The notes beneath the pieces are model-generated. The model did not search any database, was not told the DNA's origin, and was given only the letters and a program-made list of their open reading frames with translations. Shown here piece after piece: positions 9,264 to 17,900 of a DNA stretch of 64,000 bases. Every line of letters begins with the position of its first letter. Within the stretch, counting starts at the first letter, position 1. The DNA comes from a virus, in the IMG/VR virus record IMGVR_UViG_3300042564_002372, positions 45,828 to 109,827 of that record; one strand, written 5' to 3'. The position numbers and the translations under genes were made by a program.

Positions 9264-12200
9264 TCAGTTGTATTTATCCAGCCAGTTATCCTTGTCTGGG
9301 TTATTTGTAAAGTTAAGTAATTGATTTAATTTTTTCATTGGTTGGGCATCTAATTGATTGATTCCCAATTCAGCAACTGGATACTCTGTCACCTTCTTTC
9401 CTTTGAATTTATAATTCTTTCCTGGCTTCATAAGCTTTGTATCTCCTGCATCAGAAACACCAACAACATCGTAAGGAACTCCTTCCATAGTGATGTAGTT
9501 GCTATCAATCTCTGTCACTTTTCCAGGATGTGCCCATTGACCTCTGTTGTCTTTTATCACTCCTCCTTTTCTTTTCTTTGGAAGATAGAATCTATCATAT
9601 ATTTCAATAGGGTTCATCATTCTATTCAAAGCAGGATTATTAAAATCATACTTATCATAAATAGAAACATAAGAACCATCAGGACTCTTCTGTAATGTAA
9701 ATCTTTGTAAAGGATCTATATCTCCAAATTTTACATTCTTATCTGTGTCTGCATTTTCAGAATACCACTTACTATCTAAGATTGGTAACAAACCATTCAT
9801 TTCCATTTTCTCACCAGGTTTTAAATCCTTAGTGAGGTTCATCAACTCATAATCATCAATAACATCTCTGATAGTGTAATACTTAGCATCAGGATCTTTT
9901 GCTACAGAAGGTTTGTACTTTGACTCTTTTAGATATTGTCTTTCGCCAGGGATGTTCATTGCTGTTGCCCAGAACTCTTCAGCCAAGTGTGGTTTACCAC
10001 TTTTAGTTTTCAATGGTTCAGATTCATTACCCATTAAATAATTATATGCATATACAGGAAGTTTTAATGCATTAGGATAATCTACTGGCCTAACAGTTTT
10101 ATACACCTCTGTATTACTTAAAGGTTTTAACGCATTTAATAAACTAAGAGCCTTTGTTGTAACAGGATCAGATATTTCTTCAGATACAAACTTTGTTGCT
10201 TTTTTTGCAAAACTTTCTTCTCCACCATCCTGCATACTCTTTGGTTTCCAATCCAATCCATTCTGGTAGAATTTCATTTCTCCACCATTCTGTTTTTTAG
10301 GAACTTCATTCTTTGACTCTTCTGATTTTTCTTTAGCTTTTTTATGCATGTAGCTAGAACCACCTATTATTCCAGCTCCTGCAACGCCAGCTCCTTTAAA
10401 GTATTTGTTATTTTGAGCATTATTCCAATCTTTCAAAACATCCATTTGCTTTTCATCAGCAATCTTAGGTGTGCTAAGCATTACAGCATCAACTGCTTCA
10501 TTTTCTTTTGCTACACCTTTTGGAAAGCTTTGGACTTTCTCAATCAACTTATTATTGTTGTGATCAAAAAAGTTTCCAGCATCATCATAGTATATTCTAT
10601 TTTTTAAATCAAAAGGTGCTCCTCCAGTTAAAGAAGACACTTCAAATTCTTTTAATTTTTTTGGTAATCCTTTAATTGGTTGAAGAGGTTGTAAGTCCCA
10701 AGTGTCTGTGAAATCAACAAATTTTCTACCTTGTTCATCCACTCCTTTTGTAATCCATCCATTACCATGAACGGCACCAAAATTAAATTCTGGTCGAACT
10801 TCCATTGTCCCAAATGAAGACTTAGGATTATCAACTATAGATTGTAAATCTTCCTTTCCAATTCTAAAATCATTTATTGCTAATGTATTATCTGCATTTT
10901 TAGAAAATGTATCATAGTTAGGTTCTAATCCATTATATAATCTCCAAGCATCAAATCTATTTTTAGTAGCATGTGTCTTAGGTTTAAATTTTAAAAAATT
11001 TGGAGTTAGTAATTCTGCTGGGGAAGCTAAAACTGTAAAAGGATCATAGCCTATAGGTGTGATACTTCTATTTACAACTTCTCCTACTTGTTTTGTTAAA
11101 TTTTTACCAAGTTGTTTACCAACTAATTTAGATCCTCCCCCAATCAATGTTGGATCAATTGCTGATAGTCCAATGTTTGCAGCATTCTGTAAAAACCCTT
11201 CTGGATTTTCATAGCCTAGAACATCAGAAAGATCTCTTTGACTGCTTCCAAATTGTCCAAAGTTTGGATTTACATTACTGAAGTTATAAGGCTTACCTGT
11301 CAACATTGCAACAGTTTCTGCTAATGCTGCTGTAGGAACTTGCTCAAGCTTCATTAGGTTTTCAGGAATGCCATATAATGCTGCTGTTGTAAAGTCACGC
11401 AATGAGTCCATTGTGTAACTTCTAGGAGCTGTGACAGTTACTTCAGGTAAGTCAGGTAGAGTGAATGCACCATCATAGTATGTGCCCACTTGCCTGTTCC
11501 TATACATCTCTGGATAGCGGGGATCGTTTATAGATATTCTTTCTATGTCATCGCCCTTTTGCGCAGAAGGTATTCCTCCACCATTTTGAAATCCATCAAT
11601 TGGGTAGTATGATTTTCTACCATATACTTCACCAGTTTTTTCTCCAGACTTAGAGTTTATATAATTTGCAAGCTTCTTAGCAGTGGCAGCAGGACTCATG
11701 CTTTCAGTCTTTGTAGGTAGAGGTTGTGATTTAGGATATATTAATTCAACATCACCACTAGGATATACTCCTTCAATATCACTACTACTAATTACATTAG
11801 GTGAACTTGTTTGAGACATTACATCATAAGCTGTTTCTGCACCTAGTGCTCCAAGAAGACCTCTATTCCACAGCAATGAATTATTTGTCATTCCTTTCAC
11901 ATTACTAAAAAGCTCCAAATACCCTGTATCAGTTTTGTTTAAATTTATAGGGGAGTTGGCAGCACGTCTTGCTTGTTCTGTTAATGGATACAATGGATCG
12001 CCAGGTCTTAGCATCATTGCAGGTCTTCTAAAAGTGTTTGCTCCTAGGAATGTTGGTAAAGCAACACTAGCCAAATTAATTCCTGCATTTAAGTAATTAC
12101 CTCTATAAGCCTCATCAGCACCTTGTAATCCATCTACAATCATTCCAGCAATATTGCCAACTCTACCAACAGCTTGTGCAGTTGGATGAGGAATAAAGTT

Positions 12201-13565
12201 TCCCATTTGCATTACATCAGTTGCTACATCAGCATACCCAAGCCCTTGTCGTATCAATTCTTCGCCACGTCCAGGAGCTTGTTTTAGCTGAGGTAGGCTT
12301 TGTAGATATTTGAAATATTGATATTCTGGATTTTCTTTAAGTTCTAGTCCTGCAATTTTATTAGCAATATTAGTATCTATATTTGTTTCATCTTTTTCAA
12401 TCTTTTTTCCTTTCTGTGCTGAAGCCATTGTCTTCTTTGCATACTTTCCTTTGCTAGGAGCAGAACCAGCTGTACGTGCGTATGTAAATCCTACAGAGCC
12501 AGGAATAGACATACCACCCATTGCAATTGGTGTAATTTCTTCATCACCTTTAGCAATGATGTTCATTAGCTTGATAAAGTTTTCATCACCTGTCAACATG
12601 AGTGTTCTGTCAAGTGATTCATTATTCTTTAATTGTTTTTTTGCTTTATCCAGATCTTCTTTTGTAAACTCTTTACCTTTTCTAATATCATAAATATCTT
12701 TATCATACATTAGGAATCTAAGAGCATTTAAGTCAGATCTTAACTCACGAGGTTTTTCTAAATGTTGAGCATCTTGTACTTTTGACCAAAGTTCTGGAGT
12801 TAAAACTTTAGGAAGTTTCTTAGTCCAGTTTGGATCTATTGATGATCTTAGTAAATTAATTTCTTTACTACTAAGATCTGATTCGTATGTATCTATTGCA
12901 TGTGCAATTTCATGGGCCTTTACTGTATTTACATCTCCATCAAAATCTCTTGGATTAATATTAGCTACTCCCTCACCCTCAAAAAATTCAGATCTTTTTG
13001 TTGGATCATAGGTTATAGCACCTGGTCGTTGAAGCTTTTCTAGTTCTAGAAAGTTACTTCTCATTTCCCTATCAATTAAACCACCGCTATATGGATCAAG
13101 TATTTCATCTCCTGTAACAGGGCTATATTCAGGAAATTCTTGATAACCTGTTTCTATTTTTCTTCTTCTATATTCTGGACTAGTAATCCAAGATTTGAAA
13201 AACTCTACTGGATCTTTTGTTTTTTCTAAATAAGGAACTGTGGGTATAGGAGTATATTCAGGCATTCTAGCTGCTTGATCAAATGGAGAAGGATCTCTAA
13301 AGCCTTGTACAACCACTTCAGGAAGATTATATTGAGCTGCAATGCCCCTGTCCTTCTCCTCTTGCATTTTCTTATTCATGTAGGCAGTTACACCACCTTG
13401 AGCAATTGGAATAAGTTCACCACCATCTTGAAACTGTCCTCCCCATGCGGGAGAATAGTTTCTTCCTTTAGTGTTATATCCTAGTCCAACAAAGCCTTCA
13501 GGAAGGCTAACGTTTGAATCATTAGCGTTGTCTGCTTTCCCAAAGTTATCTAACCATCCTTTCAT
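9264..13565 (-). CDS. Modular (polyvalent-like) virion cargo protein (1433 aa) with zincin HEXXH module
   Basis: HEIAH at about 12900-12914 followed by a downstream Glu; modules separated by FQDGG/AQGG/AMGG/AQKG/FQNGG/KQNGG/MQDGG/KRKGG. Confidence 0.6.
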   Translation of the reverse strand: MKGWLDNFGKADNANDSNVSLPEGFVGLGYNTKGRNYSPAWGGQFQDGGELIPIAQGGVTAYMNKKMQEEKDRGIAAQYNLPEVVVQGFRDPSPFDQAARMPEYTPIPTVPYLEKTKDPVEFFKSWITSPEYRRRKIETGYQEFPEYSPVTGDEILDPYSGGLIDREMRSNFLELEKLQRPGAITYDPTKRSEFFEGEGVANINPRDFDGDVNTVKAHEIAHAIDTYESDLSSKEINLLRSSIDPNWTKKLPKVLTPELWSKVQDAQHLEKPRELRSDLNALRFLMYDKDIYDIRKGKEFTKEDLDKAKKQLKNNESLDRTLMLTGDENFIKLMNIIAKGDEEITPIAMGGMSIPGSVGFTYARTAGSAPSKGKYAKKTMASAQKGKKIEKDETNIDTNIANKIAGLELKENPEYQYFKYLQSLPQLKQAPGRGEELIRQGLGYADVATDVMQMGNFIPHPTAQAVGRVGNIAGMIVDGLQGADEAYRGNYLNAGINLASVALPTFLGANTFRRPAMMLRPGDPLYPLTEQARRAANSPINLNKTDTGYLELFSNVKGMTNNSLLWNRGLLGALGAETAYDVMSQTSSPNVISSSDIEGVYPSGDVELIYPKSQPLPTKTESMSPAATAKKLANYINSKSGEKTGEVYGRKSYYPIDGFQNGGGIPSAQKGDDIERISINDPRYPEMYRNRQVGTYYDGAFTLPDLPEVTVTAPRSYTMDSLRDFTTAALYGIPENLMKLEQVPTAALAETVAMLTGKPYNFSNVNPNFGQFGSSQRDLSDVLGYENPEGFLQNAANIGLSAIDPTLIGGGSKLVGKQLGKNLTKQVGEVVNRSITPIGYDPFTVLASPAELLTPNFLKFKPKTHATKNRFDAWRLYNGLEPNYDTFSKNADNTLAINDFRIGKEDLQSIVDNPKSSFGTMEVRPEFNFGAVHGNGWITKGVDEQGRKFVDFTDTWDLQPLQPIKGLPKKLKEFEVSSLTGGAPFDLKNRIYYDDAGNFFDHNNNKLIEKVQSFPKGVAKENEAVDAVMLSTPKIADEKQMDVLKDWNNAQNNKYFKGAGVAGAGIIGGSSYMHKKAKEKSEESKNEVPKKQNGGEMKFYQNGLDWKPKSMQDGGEESFAKKATKFVSEEISDPVTTKALSLLNALKPLSNTEVYKTVRPVDYPNALKLPVYAYNYLMGNESEPLKTKSGKPHLAEEFWATAMNIPGERQYLKESKYKPSVAKDPDAKYYTIRDVIDDYELMNLTKDLKPGEKMEMNGLLPILDSKWYSENADTDKNVKFGDIDPLQRFTLQKSPDGSYVSIYDKYDFNNPALNRMMNPIEIYDRFYLPKKRKGGVIKDNRGQWAHPGKVTEIDSNYITMEGVPYDVVGVSDAGDTKLMKPGKNYKFKGKKVTEYPVAELGINQLDAQPMKKLNQLLNFTNNPDKDNWLDKYN

Positions 13566-13566
13566 A

Positions 13567-14433
13567 TTACTTGTACGAGATTTGTGCTGGAGCTATAATG
13601 AATTGTGAAACTAAATGAGCGTCTGAACGATTGTCAAGAATGTGTCTGATTTTCAATTCTTTAGCTCTAAGGGGTTCTTTCTTAAATGATCTTGATCCAT
13701 AGTCCATGTTGATTTGATTCACTTCTTTATCAAGAGAAAGTGATTGACATGTTCTGACAAAGAGTGGTATGCTCTTGTCTTTCACTACAGACCAGAATGT
13801 ATTGTACTGATAGAAGTTATCACTCTTAGTAAATGTGATAGTCTTGCTTTCAGCATTTAATATAGGATATTGTAAGTAGGATTTCAAATTATTGATTGGT
13901 TTTGGCACCAGCTCCAATACACCTGTACTCTGCTGTCCATTGTAAAGAACAGCTTTATTAAACCATATATTGTCAAGTTCTATTCTTGATACATCATTTG
14001 ACACACCATAAGGATCACTAAAGTATTTGTACACCTTAGTGTAGTCTTTTACATTCTGAAGAATCTCATCTTGATATTGATATGCAAAAGGATATTCAAT
14101 AATGTATGGCTCTATGTGTCCATAGAATGTATTGTAGATAGTGTGATCTAGAAGATGTCTCCAGACACAAGCTGTCTGAATAGTTTCTAAAGGAGTGTTT
14201 TGATATTGATCCTGCGTAATAGTTGTGACAGGGAATGATTTTTGGTACGCACACTTTCCTTCAGATGTAATTGTAATCAAGTCAACACTATCATCTACAA
14301 TGAAACTAATGCCTGTAGTTACTTCAGAGAGTGTTACACCTGAGGCAATAACATTCCCATACGCATCTGTGATGGTGAAAGGCCCTGAGTTAGGGCCTGT
14401 CTTTGTTAGTTTTATAGCGATAGTCTTTGACAT
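13567..14433 (-). CDS. Tail protein: small beta-domain plus probable C-terminal part of the stabilization/nozzle protein
   Basis: N-terminus TIAIKLTKTGPNSGPF resembles 14435-14890 and 28181-28432, followed by VWRH..YNTFYG..PYIIEYPF..FNKAVLYN. Start placed at the second Met. Confidence 0.55.
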   Translation of the reverse strand: MSKTIAIKLTKTGPNSGPFTITDAYGNVIASGVTLSEVTTGISFIVDDSVDLITITSEGKCAYQKSFPVTTITQDQYQNTPLETIQTACVWRHLLDHTIYNTFYGHIEPYIIEYPFAYQYQDEILQNVKDYTKVYKYFSDPYGVSNDVSRIELDNIWFNKAVLYNGQQSTGVLELVPKPINNLKSYLQYPILNAESKTITFTKSDNFYQYNTFWSVVKDKSIPLFVRTCQSLSLDKEVNQINMDYGSRSFKKEPLRAKELKIRHILDNRSDAHLVSQFIIAPAQISYK

Positions 14434-14434
14434 G

Positions 14435-14890
14435 TTATGGGCATCCAATATTTAATGTTTGTTGAATCGAGGCGTTATAACCACCTGGAGCAATACAACT
14501 TGTTATACTAGCTCCTGTGTATGTATAATACCTAACTGGTGAACCAGGAAGAATATATTGTTGACCTGCGCCAAGAGTTGGTTGAATCAATGTAAATCCG
14601 CTGTCCGCTGGATCACATCCTGCAAGTTGATAATATGTACTACATGTAGTTGTTGTTGTAGTAGTTACAGGAAATGTGAGAGTTATGTCTATAAAGTTAG
14701 TACACAAGCCAGTGGACTTCACACGAACAATTGTAGTTCCTACAGGAGCTAAAGTTGTTGTGTAGCCAGCTAAAAGAGCTGTTCTAGACACACCTGTTAC
14801 AAATGCTGTAGTGTATCCATCTATATTAGAGAAGAGGCTAAATGGGCCTGTATCTACCCCAGCTGCGCTCAATGTTATTGTTATAGTCAT
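14435..14890 (-). CDS. Small virion decoration/adhesin-like protein with poly-Thr linker
   Basis: Paralog of 28181-28432 (ITLxxAGxDxGPFxLxSNxDGY); TTTTTTT linker; Cys pairs. Confidence 0.55.
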   Translation of the reverse strand: MTITITLSAAGVDTGPFSLFSNIDGYTTAFVTGVSRTALLAGYTTTLAPVGTTIVRVKSTGLCTNFIDITLTFPVTTTTTTTCSTYYQLAGCDPADSGFTLIQPTLGAGQQYILPGSPVRYYTYTGASITSCIAPGGYNASIQQTLNIGCP

Positions 14891-14927
14891 GTTTCAAATT
14901 TTAACGCTATTGCTTATTTATTTTATT

Positions 14928-17900
14928 TTAAGATGGGCAATTACATTCAGGATCAAAACAGCCAACACCTTGTGACAAGAATCCACAATCATCACTTATG
15001 ACTTCAGTAACACATGCTATGAAACACAATCCTTCATCTTGAGGAGGTATATTGTAGGTAATTGTTACACCATTTTCATTCTTGAAGACAAATGTACATC
15101 CACCAAATGGAGCTGATGTTAATATATGACAATCAGCTGGTATCTGAGTAGTTGTTGTAGTTGTAGTTGTGCTTGTAGTAGTAGTTGTTGTTGGAGTAAT
15201 TGGATTTTCAGTAGTTGTTGTAGTTGTTGTAGGTGCCTCAGTAGTGGTGGTTGTGGTTGTAGTTGGGATAGTTGTTGTTGTAGTTGTAGTCCCACACGTT
15301 CCAGCAAACACTTGAGTTATCTCATTTGTATAATTTGTATGTGCACCTGATTGCAAAGAATACAAAGTGCTCAAATTACCATTTATATAATAGAAGCCAT
15401 TAGCATAATTTGTAAATGACCAGAATGGTTGAGGATTCGTAGTATCACAATTTACATCTATATCATATACAAAGAATGTATATCGAGGAGTGGCTGTAGT
15501 TGTAGTGGTAGTTGGAGGCGTAGCGGTAGTAGTTGTAGTGGTAGTAGTAGAACATGGAGTACCATTATCACTTGTGCTACCGCTTTGGAAGAACCAATAA
15601 TTTGTTCCATCAGAGTAGTATCCATCAGGTATAGGAGTGGTTAAACTACTATCAGTATATAAGAATGTACCACTTACAATATTAGGTCCATTAGTAGATG
15701 ATGCGTAGAATGTTGCTCTATTAAATGCAGCATAATCAGCACAAGCCAATGGTCCAGTACTTAAATTAGGAGTACTATTCAACAAGAAACTATAAAATGC
15801 TACTGTTGTCGTTGTTGTTGTAGTTGGGGTAGCAGTTGTTGTTGTCGTAGTAGTTGTTGGAGCAGCTGTAGTAGTTGTAGTTGTTGTAGAGCTTGTTGTA
15901 CTAGTAGTAGTTGTACTAGTAGTACTAGTTGACGTTGTAGTTGTTGTAGATGTGGAGGTTGTAGTAGTTGTTGGTCCAACCAAAATACAATCTAAAGATA
16001 CAATCACTCCAACACCTGCTAGAGAACAGTTTATCTCCCGAACTGTAGCTGTTATGTTACACTGCAAAGGAGCAACAGTAGTTGATGTTGTAGTTGTTGT
16101 TAATCTTGTAGTTGATGTTGTAGTGGTAGTAGTTGGATTAGCAACTAATGTTCCTACTAAGAAATCAAAGTCTTCACAGCAATTGTTTTGTCCAGAATAG
16201 AAGAAGTTATTCTCTGCAATATAGAAGTTTGGAAGATAGCTGTGAAAGCTTATCCAACTATTCGTGTTCATGTTAAAAGACAATGTCCACGATACATTGC
16301 AGAAGTATTCTTCATCACTAAGACTAATGTCTTGTCTGATGGTTAGACCATTGACAATATTGTTGATGTAGAAACTTTGTTCAACTGGATCATACAGAAT
16401 GTTTTTTGACTTTGGTGCATAATCAAGTTTTGTAATAATCACTCTATCGTATACAGCATCATAGACACCATGTAATCCTATTCCTTTGAAGTGATTATCA
16501 ATATTCACTTCTGGGAAATTTTTGTAGATTATAAATGGTAGATGCTCAACAAAGAATCTATTCATTCCTGATCCAAATCCAGACAAGTCAGTCACTTGTG
16601 TTCCTTGAATTAAGAACACTTGTGCCCTCTTTGCATCCACTGTAATCTGACCTTGAGGAATCTTCAAAAGCATTCTATGCTGACTTCCCACATACCCAAG
16701 ATCAGTTTCTGCAAAGTCAATTGGAGGAGCACCTCTAAACAATAATGGATTACCTACATAAGCAGCTTGAGGGTTGCTTGTGTCAATAGTCAATAGATTA
16801 TTGTACAACAATGTCTTATTCTCAAATCTGGCCAGAATAGCTTTATTCTGTATACCATCTAGGCTTATAAGATTTCCATAGTTCTGTGGGAAATCAAAGT
16901 AAGAAATAGCTCTGTAGATGAGCCAGTTGTTCACTCTGTTGTCAGCATCGATATTCTGAGCATCAGAATAGATTGTTCTGAATGGGTAGTTTGTGAAACA
17001 AAGTCTCGCTTCCCAGTCAGGAGGTAGGTGAGTGAATGTGTTCTCTCTATTTTGCTTTGAGAATGTTGTATTGTAGTAATAGGTATTGTCTTGAGCAATA
17101 GGAACAAAGCTCTGTTGCAACCAGTCATCTGGAATGTCTGTACTAACATGTGGCCAGAAGTCTCCCTCTCTATTGTTAAACGCTTGTCTTAAATCAAGAT
17201 TGTAAGAGCTCTCGCAATAGAAGTTTGGAATGCCATAGGCAAACAGATAGAAGTAACCATCGTAATATGTAATAGTTGAGCTTGGTGTTACTCCTCCAGA
17301 TCCACCTTGAGGGAAAGTTGTACTAGTGGTAGTGGTGGTAGATGTAGATATAATCACATCTGTTCCCACCTCATTAGGACAGTCGAAGTTGTGTGCTTTG
17401 TAAGAAATGATGTTAGCCATCACTCCTTGTCCAGGAATGCTGTAGTTCTCGAGAATTGATCTCGCAGAGTGCCAGTATCTAGGATATGCAACGTTACCTA
17501 TCTCATCATAGAAGATGTCGCTATCATCAGGAGCGTTCACTCTGTTATCAATAAAGAATGGAAGCTTTGTTTTGAATGCGAATCTGCTAATAAATGTGTC
17601 ACCACCAAACACAGTGGTGGTTGGATTAGGTGAGTTAATTATGTATTGATAACCTGTATCAATTGTTTCGTATGAATAGATTTGTCCCCACTGATTGATA
17701 ATCATGTCTTTCAGTGATGCATAATATGAAACAACCTGTATCGGTTCTTCCTTAGCTGGTGTTCCACAGTTTCCTATTTCTGAAATAGTGAATCTTGATC
17801 TATCTGAAACAATACTTGTTGTTCCAGAAAGCATGTTTGGACTCTGGTTAGGAAATGGTAAAGCTGTAGTGTCTTCGTTTGTTTTTACAAAGACAGAGCT

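Noticed and set aside
15119-16200. Poly-Cys/Ser, poly-Val and poly-Gln/Leu ORFs
   Set aside because: Frame shadows of the poly-Thr tracts.
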